Of a stretch of DNA of 64,000 nt, positions 10,601 to 20,616 are shown one piece after another. A program made the translations under genes and the position numbers. Positions within the stretch are counted from its first letter, which is position 1, and every line of letters starts with the position of its first letter. Source of the stretch: a virus; IMG/VR virus record IMGVR_UViG_3300042991_000131, positions 12,821 through 76,820 of that record. One strand, given 5' to 3'. The notes under the pieces were generated by a model. It was given only the letters and a program-made list of their open reading frames with translations, searched no databases and was not told where the DNA came from.

Positions 10601-11687
10601 TACTGGTCTAACGTCTGAGCAAACTATTAAAAAGGTAGAAACGCTGCGTAACGAGTACAAGAAACTTGTCAACGTTGCTAGTGATCCAGCTGCTTTCCAA
10701 CAGCTACTGCAATATTCTGATAAAATAGTCGAACGCGCTAGGGCTGCACAAGGACTAGCTGATAACGGTAAATTACAAGCTAAGTATCAAAATGAATTGA
10801 AAGAGTCAGTTGAACGTGTAAATACGTTAAAGGGCAAGGATCTAAAACTGACTGAACAGATTCGTGACACTATTAACAAGACTCAGGGTGAGTTGGCAGC
10901 AATACCTAGTTTCTCCTTTAATCTCTCTGGTGTCACTGATGAGGAGGGCGAGGCTTATATTAAAATGAGAGATGAGCTAGATGCAATTATAGCTCGTGTA
11001 CGTGAGACACCTGATGCGTTAGACTCTAATTTACCTAGATTGAAGGAGTTAAAAGATCAGCTCAACACATTTAGACTAGATAATGCAGAGGCTATGAGTG
11101 AAGCAAGTATTAAGAATATTGAGAATATATCTTTGTTGATTACTTCACTATCAAGGTCGTCTAAAGAGTTGTCTGGAGTTCGCACAGAGCAAGATAAATT
11201 GATAGCTATGCAGCCTGTATTGCAAAAGGCTCTTAATGATCCGCTTACAACAGCTGCCGAAAGCGCAAAGACGCTAACTGAACGCATGCAAGAGTCCGCA
11301 CAAGAGATCAATGCATCTGCTGATGCAATGGCCAGGATGCGTGGTATCATCAGTGCAGAAGATAAGGCTACGCCGATTAATGTTGGCAAAGCTGGTGGCG
11401 GTATGATGCGCTTCGCAGGTGGTGGTCAGCCATATGGTAGTGATAAGATTCCTGCTATGTTATCTCCTGGTGAGTTCGTTGTCAACGCTGGCGCAAGTAG
11501 GAAGTTCTACTCACAGCTTGTAGCAATGAATAGTGGCAGCCGCAACTATGCAGGTGGCGGTAACGTTAATACGTCAGTCGGTGATGTTAATATCTCTATG
11601 TCCTCAAGCGGTAACGCTGCTACAGATGTTGTTCGTATTGGTAAGTTACTAAGGCGTGAGATACGACGCGGCACAGTCAAACTCTAA
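7698..11687 (+). CDS. Tape measure protein
   Basis: 1329 aa helical; TP901-type core; hydrophobic middle; C-terminal GSDKIPAMLSPGEFVVN motif. Confidence 0.9.
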   Translation: MPDNIYTLILDAAPYLKGAHVAAGGNKLLDDAFKTSTQGALVFNSKMEVIQKTLKSVTSSGEIMTKTVKRIGDDWYIASTKMTQGLGAAKKAAEALAAAEAAAQGRSATRGIASGQAAVGIVGKTPLPTGGSSNELLAYNRALAGLQKFTQENVTSAARVQKVWTDVNNNVFSANPKYQALQNQLVKVKNAIADIGAESRRAKESSDNYFLSWRNIMRFFEARLLYNGVSDLVGAVKAGTSRAIEFEQVLGRITTLAPTLAGGYKEWGESVKRVATTFGVDATDAAKSYYSALSNQIGNSIQEIESFTRTTAEFARVTGSTAEQANNLFSSAINAFGKSAGEANDIAAKFFKTIDLGRVTAAGLSGSFGRTAVAASTLGVKYEELLASLSTLSRQGVTDADAQTQTLNLFNKLIKPTEKLKEMLQEWGYESGQALVANEGLVGVLRRLDKELQANGVARLGELINDIRGLRGTFGLTGKGLQEFNHDLELIRNSTDDYRKAVELTADTTGQKWAKQLNEVKIAFTSLGQNALGVLVPISDFIGGLVNGIKILISSVIILATHMYGLRIAIPVINFIRDAWAGVTLAAKHATYAIELAKAAATFGISLAIGAIISYFALAENAAKRGKRVYAEAQEATREATKNALEYITKGYDRLARSIEDSFKPGLDSIALTRRAYVRTLAEIDDGFKDLKKTLKSFEDETFRQLDDRISDITSSLSSLRSETKTLEAELSKAFNADELANFRDTLDDLTAGKKARAVEAKIKAALQEATGLARLSLTKTDGAERAKLIKQSREKKDIAESLATDLKALARESIKDKEAADRDAEKYTKKNVARERTQLKLQQEIKTLENEKRANAGKLKDESREDANRRQLLYASQIAEKQEELNRYEEEGRKARELVKVTTRDIYEYNKGIVDLEKERVALINAQLDVTRLMTKEKQAEQESLKKTKEGLTNIFEEISDLMTSKDTGLTSEQTIKKVETLRNEYKKLVNVASDPAAFQQLLQYSDKIVERARAAQGLADNGKLQAKYQNELKESVERVNTLKGKDLKLTEQIRDTINKTQGELAAIPSFSFNLSGVTDEEGEAYIKMRDELDAIIARVRETPDALDSNLPRLKELKDQLNTFRLDNAEAMSEASIKNIENISLLITSLSRSSKELSGVRTEQDKLIAMQPVLQKALNDPLTTAAESAKTLTERMQESAQEINASADAMARMRGIISAEDKATPINVGKAGGGMMRFAGGGQPYGSDKIPAMLSPGEFVVNAGASRKFYSQLVAMNSGSRNYAGGGNVNTSVGDVNISMSSSGNAATDVVRIGKLLRREIRRGTVKL

Positions 11688-11696
11688 GGAAACAAA

Positions 11697-12065
11697 ATGC
11701 TCACCTTAATCGGCGACACAACACTAGTTGTTAAGAACCCTAAGGTGGGCAACCTTGAGACCGTTGACACCGGCGTGACGTTAAATGCGTCACGTCGGGG
11801 CGTCATCGGTGGTGCGATAGTCAGTCCAACAATTAAGAAACGTAGGTTCGACTTCCAGTGTCTGACACTACAGGAGAAAGAGGACTTGATTACTTGGTTA
11901 TTGCAACATATTGGTCGTGCTGTCACAGTACAATGGACCAGTGGTGGCAGCTGTAACGTTCAGACGATTAATGAGCAATATATCATTGATGACCAGCCTC
12001 TTGAGACAATAACCGTACGTGACGCAGACGACTATGACTGCATGACATACTGGATCAAAGTATGA
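11697..12065 (+). CDS. Distal tail-like protein, paralog 1
   Basis: Follows tape measure; MLTL...NP..G and F.F..L..........G pattern. Confidence 0.5.
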   Translation: MLTLIGDTTLVVKNPKVGNLETVDTGVTLNASRRGVIGGAIVSPTIKKRRFDFQCLTLQEKEDLITWLLQHIGRAVTVQWTSGGSCNVQTINEQYIIDDQPLETITVRDADDYDCMTYWIKV

Positions 12066-12532
12066 TTACAATGACAGGTGTCGGTACGGTTAGTTTTAGG
12101 AATCCCGATATTGCAAATAAATATAGCCTCGATGCTAATATACTAGTTAGATATACTCGCGGACAAAAGGTCATCGTCTATAAGGATACAAACTGGCAGA
12201 ATATCGAAACAGAGATATTTGCCTTCCAGCATATACGCGAGAGTAAGAGAGACGAGATAGTTGATTTCTTCAATGATAATCTTGGCAAAGAAATATCTAT
12301 CACGCGCCCACGTCGTGATGACTGTACAGTAGTTGACCACACGTTCACAGGTTTCATCTACTCTGATGTTGTTGAGTATAAGACTAAAGGTGAGAACTGT
12401 GAACAAGTCTATGACTTCGGCCTTGTCGTTCTCTATAAGATAACTGTGCTCGACTTAAAGTACCTACTCGCTGAAACTGGTATACAGTTAATCACAGAAG
12501 CCGGTTCCAAGCTCAAGATAGAGGCAGACTAA
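12062..12532 (+). CDS. Distal tail-like protein, paralog 2
   Basis: Same pattern as neighbours. Confidence 0.5.
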   Translation: MITMTGVGTVSFRNPDIANKYSLDANILVRYTRGQKVIVYKDTNWQNIETEIFAFQHIRESKRDEIVDFFNDNLGKEISITRPRRDDCTVVDHTFTGFIYSDVVEYKTKGENCEQVYDFGLVVLYKITVLDLKYLLAETGIQLITEAGSKLKIEAD

Positions 12533-12894
12533 TGCTAACTCTAGCTGCTCCCTATGGAGCCATAATTACTACGATCAATTTGCCTAATCCTACATTGGGT
12601 GATAGCGTTAGTCATAGTCTCAAGACTAAGTTTGGCTTCGCTATGTCTGGTCGTATAGTAACAACAATCAGTGTACAGCCCGAGAAGAAGATCCAGTACA
12701 ATTTCGATAAGCTGAAACGATCCCAAGTCGATGCACTGCTTGCTTTCCTAGCATTACATGCTGATGACGATATACAGTTGACTGACTGGACTAGCACTAT
12801 TTATCGTGTTAAGTGTCTAAGTAACCCTATTGAATTCACAGAAAATCTGAACTTCTATTCCTGCTCACTCGACTTCCAGGGGACAAAGATATGA
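12532..12894 (+). CDS. Distal tail-like protein, paralog 3
   Basis: Same pattern as neighbours. Confidence 0.5.
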   Translation: MLTLAAPYGAIITTINLPNPTLGDSVSHSLKTKFGFAMSGRIVTTISVQPEKKIQYNFDKLKRSQVDALLAFLALHADDDIQLTDWTSTIYRVKCLSNPIEFTENLNFYSCSLDFQGTKI

Positions 12895-13223
12895 CCGAGA
12901 TTAAAGTCTCAGAGCTACCGGAAGTCACGTCGCTAGATGATGTAGACCTGCTCATGGGTGTGCATCTAGCTGATGGGCTTGATGGTAGCAAAAAGATTAC
13001 TGTTGCAAATATGCGTAGCCTAATGGGCAGTAGTGGCTATACTCATGTACAAGCTGTACCAGCAACAGTTTGGTCAGTTATACACAACTTAGGGCGTCAC
13101 CCATCTGTCACTGTTGTTGACTCCGGTGGCACAGTTGGCTGGTGTGAAGTACTCTATAACGATGCCAACTCGCTCACAATAACAGTAGCTGCTGCCTTTG
13201 CTGGCACGGCATACCTCAACTAA
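12891..13223 (+). CDS. Tail fibre-associated small protein
   Basis: KVSELP N-terminus; W...HNLG..PSV.V.D module. Confidence 0.6.
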   Translation: MTEIKVSELPEVTSLDDVDLLMGVHLADGLDGSKKITVANMRSLMGSSGYTHVQAVPATVWSVIHNLGRHPSVTVVDSGGTVGWCEVLYNDANSLTITVAAAFAGTAYLN

Positions 13224-13232
13224 GGACAATCA

Positions 13233-14246
13233 ATGGCTATCCCATTCCGCGCAAATGTTGACTTCAACAAGAATGAACTCCAGAATGCCCGTGTTCAGAA
13301 CCTGGCCAGCGATCCAGGTACGCCGGTCGCAGGCCAGTTATACTTCAACAGCACCGGCGGCGTGCTGGTAATCAAGTTCTACACGGGATCAACGTGGATC
13401 ACACTTGGGCGCCTTGACCAGATCAGTGCCCCGACTAGCGACGTTAGCTTCAACAGCCAGAAGGCGACCAACCTAGCCACGCCGACCGCCGGCACTGATG
13501 GCGCCAATAAGGACTACGTTGACAGCGTGGCCCAGGGCCTGGACATCAAGGCGAGTGTGCGAGCGGCGACTACTGTCGCTGGTACATTAGCATCGTCATT
13601 CATTGCCGGTGCATCCATAGATGGCGTGACGCTGGTGCTTGGCGACCGTATCTTGCTTAAGAATCAAGCAGCCCAGGCAGAAAATGGTATCCGCGTCGTC
13701 ACAGCCGGTACACCGACACGTGCCACTGACTTCGATGCCTGGACTGAGGTTCCTGGTGCATTCGTGTTCGTCGAAGAGGGCACAGCTAATGCTGATACTG
13801 GCTGGGTATGCAGTGCAAATGCCGGCGGTACACTTGACACGACTGCGATTACCTTTGTTCAGTTCAGCGCAGCTGGTATAGTCACTGCCTCTGGCGGTTT
13901 GACAAAAACTGGCAACGATATTGCCATGACCAATATGGTGCAAGCCACAGTTAAGGGTCGTGCTGCCGGCGCCGGTACAGGGGCACCAACTGATTTGACC
14001 GTAGCGCAGTTACTTACAATGCTTGGGATGGTTGCGCCTTTTGCACAGACACTGTCAACTAGTGCTACGTCATATGTAATCACGCACAGCAAGGGGACGA
14101 AGGATCTGATCGTCCAGGTATACGATGTCGCGAATAGCCCATATCAACAAGTGTTCTGTGATGTTGAGTATACTGATACAAATAACGTGACATTACGTTT
14201 TGCCGTTGCACCAACTGCTAACCAATACCGAGTTATAATCAAGTGA
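13233..14246 (+). CDS. Tail fibre protein
   Basis: NLATPT...DGANKDYVD and DRILLKNQ....ENG fibre motifs. Confidence 0.75.
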   Translation: MAIPFRANVDFNKNELQNARVQNLASDPGTPVAGQLYFNSTGGVLVIKFYTGSTWITLGRLDQISAPTSDVSFNSQKATNLATPTAGTDGANKDYVDSVAQGLDIKASVRAATTVAGTLASSFIAGASIDGVTLVLGDRILLKNQAAQAENGIRVVTAGTPTRATDFDAWTEVPGAFVFVEEGTANADTGWVCSANAGGTLDTTAITFVQFSAAGIVTASGGLTKTGNDIAMTNMVQATVKGRAAGAGTGAPTDLTVAQLLTMLGMVAPFAQTLSTSATSYVITHSKGTKDLIVQVYDVANSPYQQVFCDVEYTDTNNVTLRFAVAPTANQYRVIIK

Positions 14247-16333
14247 GCCTAAAGCTAAAAAATGGCTTCAATGCCATCGCCAAGGCTACGGCCGGGGCTC
14301 CGACCACGGGCACGTGGGCGGTTGGCGATGTCGTGTGTGATAGTGTAGGTGAATATTTCCGTTGCACCGTAGCGGGCACGCCGGGCACCTGGAGCAGTCT
14401 AGGTAGTGTTGCTCTAGCAGCTGACCGCGAGGTCAGCACGACTAAGCCGCCGGCATCCAGCGACTCGCGCCTGCGGAATCCGTTCACGATCAACTACATC
14501 AAGAACCCGGACTCGGAAGCCGACACGAACCCGGCGCACGTTGGCTGGGTCGAGTACGCCGACGCGGCGGGCACGCAGCCGGTGAACGGGACCGGCGGCT
14601 CGCCTGTCTCCGCTCTGACGGGCGCGTATTCCGACACCGCGTTGCGCGGCAGCAAGACATTCCATTTCATCAAGGTCACAGGGGCCAGCCGCCAGGGCGA
14701 GGGCTTCAGCTACGACTTCACCATCGACGGAGCCGACAAGAACCGCTCCCTCACCGTCGCGTTCGAGTGCCTGCTTCTCGGCGCTGGCTACACCGCAGGC
14801 GACATGTCGGTGTGGGTGTACGATGTCACGAACAGCCGCCTCTGCCCAATCAGCGCCAACAGCATCGCCGGTCCGGGGCGATTCTCGGCGCAGTTCAGCA
14901 CCAGCGACAGCACCAGCTATCGCCTGTGCATGCATGTGAGCAGCACGTTCACCGGCGAATGGCAGATGCGGTTCGATGACTTCTACGTAGGACCGACCTA
15001 CCTCCCCAGCGCACCGGCAATGAGCGACTGGCAGGACGGCGGCGCGGTCACGATTGAAGCGACCACGACGAACCCGACGAAGGGGACCGTGCTGCGCGAT
15101 AAGGTCTGGTGGCGTCGTGTGGGGGATTCCGCGGAGATTCGTTTTGAGTACGAGCAGAGCACTGGCGGTTCGGCTGGCAGCGGGGACTATCTATGGGGGC
15201 TGCCCGCCGGCCTGAGCATTGATCTGGCGAAGGTCCAGAACCAAAATGGAACCGCCACCGCGAATCAACGGGGGCAGCCGGCTGTTGGCGTTGCCAGTTA
15301 CGCAGATGGCGCTGTCGGCATGCTCGTCGGGTCCGTCGCGCCGTATGACGCGACGCGCGTTCGGCTTGCCGTGCTGTACAGCGGTGCGAATAACTTCATC
15401 AATTCGGCTATATGCGATCTCAACAACGCCAACTCAAAATGGTCTGCGACGTTCACGGTCCCCATCTCCGGATGGTCCGGCACCACCGCCGTCCAGCCCG
15501 GCAGCCGCTACCTGTGGGCGCAGCGGTTCGCAGCGAATGCGGTGCGCGTCACGTCAGCGCCGAGCAAGCCGGGGGAATATCGGGCGCAGCGTAGCGGCGT
15601 GGACACCGCTCCGACAACCGCTCCGACCGCTGCGGACGGAGCGCGCATCGACAGCAATACCCCCGCCGGGCGCATCAATAGATACTATTTCTACGTTGGC
15701 CCTGGGAAAGTCGTTCAGCCGGTTTGGTACCAGACTACCGGGCGCAGCGGGAACATTATCGCGGAGGTATTCTACGTCTCTGCGTGGCGAGGCATCGGAT
15801 GGACATACGACCCGGCAACCGGCGTTGTCACCGTCCTCTGCGGAAGTGGCGCGTCCGACCTTGTCGGGATCGGTGACGATCTATCCACGACCTATTCCAC
15901 CGGCTATTTCGACATCCTTATTGCCGACGATCCGGTCCCCGTGGCCCTGGCCCCGGCGGTGTATGTCGAGGCGAGTAGTGATGCGGGGCAGGTCCTGACG
16001 GCGAACGTGAGCGACATCCAGTTCGAGGACAAAGTCATCGACACGCACGGCGCGTGGAGTGGAACGGTGTTCACGGCTCCTGTTGCTGGCATATATGATT
16101 TCTATGGAGCCTTCTACTCGAACGGGGCAGGCGTCTACATCGTGCTGTGGTACAACGGGAACAACGCAGAGCTGATCGGGTACATCCGCGACAACTTGAC
16201 GCTGGGCCTGTTCCACGGACGGCGGAAGATGGCCGCAGGTGATACCATCAAGTTTCGGTCCAACACCAACTGCACTAGGGATAACTCAGGGACCACCAAC
16301 TGGCTCCGCATCACCCGCATCGGAGACGCCTAA
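14243..16333 (+). CDS. Receptor-binding tail fibre (C1q/TNF-like C-terminus)
   Basis: Beta-rich; FTAPVAGIY.F C-terminal motif; GC-rich composition unlike flanks. Confidence 0.7.
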   Translation: MSLKLKNGFNAIAKATAGAPTTGTWAVGDVVCDSVGEYFRCTVAGTPGTWSSLGSVALAADREVSTTKPPASSDSRLRNPFTINYIKNPDSEADTNPAHVGWVEYADAAGTQPVNGTGGSPVSALTGAYSDTALRGSKTFHFIKVTGASRQGEGFSYDFTIDGADKNRSLTVAFECLLLGAGYTAGDMSVWVYDVTNSRLCPISANSIAGPGRFSAQFSTSDSTSYRLCMHVSSTFTGEWQMRFDDFYVGPTYLPSAPAMSDWQDGGAVTIEATTTNPTKGTVLRDKVWWRRVGDSAEIRFEYEQSTGGSAGSGDYLWGLPAGLSIDLAKVQNQNGTATANQRGQPAVGVASYADGAVGMLVGSVAPYDATRVRLAVLYSGANNFINSAICDLNNANSKWSATFTVPISGWSGTTAVQPGSRYLWAQRFAANAVRVTSAPSKPGEYRAQRSGVDTAPTTAPTAADGARIDSNTPAGRINRYYFYVGPGKVVQPVWYQTTGRSGNIIAEVFYVSAWRGIGWTYDPATGVVTVLCGSGASDLVGIGDDLSTTYSTGYFDILIADDPVPVALAPAVYVEASSDAGQVLTANVSDIQFEDKVIDTHGAWSGTVFTAPVAGIYDFYGAFYSNGAGVYIVLWYNGNNAELIGYIRDNLTLGLFHGRRKMAAGDTIKFRSNTNCTRDNSGTTNWLRITRIGDA

Positions 16334-16860
16334 TGCTGCTCTGCAAAGTGCACAATCTGGTCACCGACCAGCGGTACGAGTTCCAGGCTGCCGACCAAGC
16401 CGAGATCGACGCTCGCCTGCTCCGCAAGGCGGCGACCTACGGGCGCGATGCGTGGACCGAGACGATCCCGGCTTGGACGCAGACCGGCGTTTGGTCAACC
16501 GACGAGCCGCCCGTGTTCGATCCCGAGGCGACCCTGGTGTGGCCTGAGCAGGTGATCGACCACCCGAGCGAGCGCACCGTCGAGGTAGTCGACCTTGCGC
16601 CGCAGGAGCAGGCTGCTGCCAAGCAAGCTGTAATCATGTTGATACAGGTGCGCTTAGACACGCTCGCACAGTCCTGGGGCTATGATGATATTAAGAGTGG
16701 TTGCACGTATGCAGGTGATCCGTATGCACGGTTCAATGCAGAAGGTACGGCTATGCGTAACTGGCGTTCAGCCACGTGGGCAGCAGTCGACCAGCATCAA
16801 GATGCTACAAGTGTTGAAGAGTTGTTCACTTTCTTACCGCCTATACCGGAGAGACCATGA
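16333..16860 (+). CDS. Tail fibre assembly chaperone
   Basis: LD..AQ.WGYDDI.S..TY.......AEG.A...WRSA.W motif following fibre. Confidence 0.65.
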   Translation: MLLCKVHNLVTDQRYEFQAADQAEIDARLLRKAATYGRDAWTETIPAWTQTGVWSTDEPPVFDPEATLVWPEQVIDHPSERTVEVVDLAPQEQAAAKQAVIMLIQVRLDTLAQSWGYDDIKSGCTYAGDPYARFNAEGTAMRNWRSATWAAVDQHQDATSVEELFTFLPPIPERP

Positions 16861-17588
16861 GTAATCATTTGATACGCACGCTTATACTTGGTAGTAGTCC
16901 ACTTATATGGATAGTGATTATATTTTTACTGGCCGGCTGTGGCATGCCTGAAACTGCCCGCTCTGCCAAACAGGCAGAGCAGGGTGTCGAGGCTATCGGT
17001 GAAATAATCACTGTTGCTGCACCATTCATTGACGAGATAGACGATGAAGCCCAGCGCGAGAAACTGCGCGAGGCTTTCAAGAAAGTAATTACATTAGTGC
17101 AGTCTGCTAGACTAAGCTTACAGCCGGTGTTAGCGTACCTAGGTGATGGCAAAGAGATTAAGGTTGAGACTACCGTGAAAGAGGCTGTTGCATCGCCAGA
17201 AGTATTCGCTACCAAGGCTGCACTGCAAGCTGGTAGGGCTGCTATTGAGGTTGAAGATAGATTAACCTGGACAGATATGTTCTTACAGTTCCTTGATCCG
17301 AGTGCTATAGAAGGCATAATCATGAACTTGAGTCTTCTGCTAACAGGTTCCGGTGCTGCTGGCTACGTTGCTATTCGCATATTCAAGACCATAAAGACTT
17401 ATAAAGAAGCACTGATTGATCAGGTTATGTACACTAAGAAGACAAAAGAACTTGATGCTTCTGACCCTGATGATGCTAAAGAAATAGACAGAATTAAGGA
17501 ACAGGAAGCTATGCGTCAGAAAGCACGTGGCACAAAGCCAATAATCGACGAAGCTTTACAGAAAGTCAAAGATGGCTCGCACGCTTAG
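16857..17588 (+). CDS. Lipoprotein with second TM helix (unimolecular spanin-like topology)
   Basis: Lipobox LLAG-C at residue 28; hydrophobic IIMNLSLLLTGSGAAGYVAIRIF later. Confidence 0.45.
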   Translation: MSNHLIRTLILGSSPLIWIVIIFLLAGCGMPETARSAKQAEQGVEAIGEIITVAAPFIDEIDDEAQREKLREAFKKVITLVQSARLSLQPVLAYLGDGKEIKVETTVKEAVASPEVFATKAALQAGRAAIEVEDRLTWTDMFLQFLDPSAIEGIIMNLSLLLTGSGAAGYVAIRIFKTIKTYKEALIDQVMYTKKTKELDASDPDDAKEIDRIKEQEAMRQKARGTKPIIDEALQKVKDGSHA

Positions 17589-20500
17589 TGGTCCACTTAC
17601 AACGAAGATAGGCCAGCAGTATGGCGCAGAGCCGCTAACGGTCGTCAAGATCGAGTGGCCTGCTGGTACACGTTACTACAGCGATAAGGCTTACACGTTC
17701 GGAGTGAACGTCTGTGAAGCCAAGATCCTGGATCTAGGTAATATCGTCTCTCAAGCTAGGACTGATGCTAGCTCTGAGGTTGGTTCGGCGTCGATCAGCT
17801 TGGACGATACTGATGCCACAATCAAGAACTCTGTTAATCGCGATCTGATGGCTGGTACCAAAGTTACGATCTATCAGACATATAGCGGCCTAAGTGTAGC
17901 TGATAGCTTAATCGTGCTAGCTGGACGTATCAGTAATGATATAGCTTGGTCAGAGGGTCAGCGTACGATAGGCTTCACTGTCGATACGAGTTTCTATATC
18001 GGTGAACTAGGTCACGCTCCAAAGAAGGGCGATCTTGCTAATCTTAGTGTTGATGCCGAAGGTAAGCTCTGGCCAATAGTCTTTGGCTCTTGTCTCAATG
18101 TTCCTGCTGTCCAGATTTATAAGTCTGTCTATGGTGACTATCCGAATAGTGAGGCAATGAGCTTCACGCCTGGATCGACATTCTACGTCTCTGGTGGCGA
18201 GAACTTCCCAAGCGGCTCCATTAAGATTAGGATGAAGCAGGGTGTATGCTTAGAGGGTAGTTTCACGGGTAATCTGTTCACTGTTGCAACTAATAATGTT
18301 GCCTACCACACGAACCTTTCTATTGCGGCTCGTGTAGCCGATGCCGATGAACTTAATCCTAACGTTCTTTGGTTGACTGGCCAGCGGTATCTAGTTGGTC
18401 AATATTGCTATATTGATGATGGTGCCAATACAATGTCTAATCTCTGCACGTATCAAGAGGGTAAAAAATGCTGGTTCGCAAAGCCTTGGAAGGTGCTTGG
18501 TCAAAATACGCCTGTTGCACTGGCCACTGGTATAATCGACGAGACATCACACTTCTACCGCACAGCTTGGACAGTGCCATTCACTGTTGAGATACTGGTC
18601 GGGTCAACCTGGACACCTGTTAACTACTATACAACTTGGAAAACTAGCTACGCGCATGATGTAGCACTGGTGACGACACAGATCCCAACTTATATAGTCA
18701 ATTATGCGCCTAGCACGATTAAGAGTGTATATGCATATCGTACATATATGGGTAAGCGTACACTTGAGCAGGTGCCAACCTCTTACTATACTAAATATAA
18801 TAGTACGACAATAGATGGCAAGACTGTTGCAGCCTTAGAGTTCCATAATGAGCTAACTGATTATGTTGATGAAGGCTGGGAACAAGATGTCTTCGTTTCA
18901 TTAACATCTAGTCTCAGCGCGAATACAAGTGCTGTTATTGAATACCTGCTTGAGACATATACAGCTTTCACTGTTGATGGTACGTTCGCAACAGTTGCAA
19001 CAAAGATTGCTAATTATCCGTCTAATTTCGCCGTGTTAAATCAGCAAGATGTACTTAGTCTGGTAGCCGATATTGCTTTCCAAGCACGTCTAGCCGTGCG
19101 CTTCGACGGCTCAGTTGCCAAACTGTATTACCTATCTGAGATACCTTCGACGATACGCAACTTTACAGATGATTATATTGCGCAAAAGTCTCTTGACTTC
19201 GGCTTCACATCTGTTGACGATATCGTTACGAAGTATACTGCTAAATGGCGTCCTAGCTACACTGCTAAAGATGCAGAGTATGTCTACAAGAATAACATTG
19301 CCACGTTTGGTAACAAAGAAGATGAACGCGATTACTTCATCTACAATATTGAGTCGCTAGTAGTTCTCAGCGTCAACTTTTGGGGCAACAGATTATCTAA
19401 CTCCTGGCGCACCTGTCGTCTAGGTTCTTTCTTATCGGCACTGGCCGTAGAGACATTTGACTGTGTTAGTGTTGCTACAAGCACACTCTCCGGTGCTGGT
19501 ATCCGTGGCGAGGTTCTAGCTACTACACATGATACGATGAATGACTTGCTTAACTTCGATATCAAGCTAGCCTCTAAGAGCGGTGTCCATAGTTCTGGTG
19601 CGATCATTGAGGATACGACGTTCTTCACAGGTGGCGTGACTGGTGCTGAGCCAGCGCCTGCTGATCCAACGAACGGATTAGCTGAGCGCGATTATGTTGT
19701 CTATCATGAGCCAAAAGAAAATACTACTCCTGGTAACAAGGTCACGAAGTATATTAAGTTCACGGTCACGCCGGAACTTATCGTCCGTGGCCAAGCTTTC
19801 AGCATAAGTGCTAAGATCATTAATCAAGATGAGTCAGTCTTCAACGTCAATGAGACATTTAACTTCACGGTATCTACTTCTGTCGGCAGTGAAACACCTA
19901 ACATTGGTACGATAACATTTACAAATGGATTAGCAACTGTTAACCGTTCAGTGACTGGCGGCTCAACCGATACTGAAGCTGTGCTTAATATCGTTGGCAA
20001 GACTGTTGGCGATGTTACTTATCAAACTGCTCTCAGTGATGGCATACCTATAACGTCTGAGCCTACCTTAGCGTGGGGCATTGATCACACGGCTGTGGCT
20101 CGTGGCTCTGATTTTACAGTAACTATAACTGGTGGACTGCCTTCGACTACATATACAATTACGCTTGATAGTCAAGATGCCAGCGAAGAGTTGTATAACG
20201 CGGCAACACCTGTAACATCTTTCACAACTGATGCGTCTGGTAATTATACAGCTACTTGGCATTTCGCTGATGGTGTTGAGGCTATCAATAGTGTCAACAT
20301 TATTGCAACACATGCCGGACACGCGCAGTCTAGTCCTGAGTTCATAGTTATAGCAGGTGGCGGTGGAAAGAATGTAGCTTTCGTCGGTAAGATTATAAGC
20401 AAGAGCAGTGGTCTAATCTATAACGTTACTATCTATCCTGATTATCCTGCTTTGACACCAGCTTGGACTGCGACTGTTACACAGTTACAGGGTGACTCTG

Positions 20501-20616
20501 CACAAACTATACCTGCTAATACATGGGCCATAATTGCATCTAGGTTAAAAGATGGCTTCTCTGGTACTGCCACAACAGACTTCGATCACTTCATGCAAGT
20601 ACCGATCTGGCTATGA
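17572..20616 (+). CDS. Tail tip/baseplate hub protein
   Basis: 1014 aa; WPIVFG..NVPA motif; C-terminal Ig-like repeats. Confidence 0.7.
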   Translation: MARTLSGPLTTKIGQQYGAEPLTVVKIEWPAGTRYYSDKAYTFGVNVCEAKILDLGNIVSQARTDASSEVGSASISLDDTDATIKNSVNRDLMAGTKVTIYQTYSGLSVADSLIVLAGRISNDIAWSEGQRTIGFTVDTSFYIGELGHAPKKGDLANLSVDAEGKLWPIVFGSCLNVPAVQIYKSVYGDYPNSEAMSFTPGSTFYVSGGENFPSGSIKIRMKQGVCLEGSFTGNLFTVATNNVAYHTNLSIAARVADADELNPNVLWLTGQRYLVGQYCYIDDGANTMSNLCTYQEGKKCWFAKPWKVLGQNTPVALATGIIDETSHFYRTAWTVPFTVEILVGSTWTPVNYYTTWKTSYAHDVALVTTQIPTYIVNYAPSTIKSVYAYRTYMGKRTLEQVPTSYYTKYNSTTIDGKTVAALEFHNELTDYVDEGWEQDVFVSLTSSLSANTSAVIEYLLETYTAFTVDGTFATVATKIANYPSNFAVLNQQDVLSLVADIAFQARLAVRFDGSVAKLYYLSEIPSTIRNFTDDYIAQKSLDFGFTSVDDIVTKYTAKWRPSYTAKDAEYVYKNNIATFGNKEDERDYFIYNIESLVVLSVNFWGNRLSNSWRTCRLGSFLSALAVETFDCVSVATSTLSGAGIRGEVLATTHDTMNDLLNFDIKLASKSGVHSSGAIIEDTTFFTGGVTGAEPAPADPTNGLAERDYVVYHEPKENTTPGNKVTKYIKFTVTPELIVRGQAFSISAKIINQDESVFNVNETFNFTVSTSVGSETPNIGTITFTNGLATVNRSVTGGSTDTEAVLNIVGKTVGDVTYQTALSDGIPITSEPTLAWGIDHTAVARGSDFTVTITGGLPSTTYTITLDSQDASEELYNAATPVTSFTTDASGNYTATWHFADGVEAINSVNIIATHAGHAQSSPEFIVIAGGGGKNVAFVGKIISKSSGLIYNVTIYPDYPALTPAWTATVTQLQGDSAQTIPANTWAIIASRLKDGFSGTATTDFDHFMQVPIWL

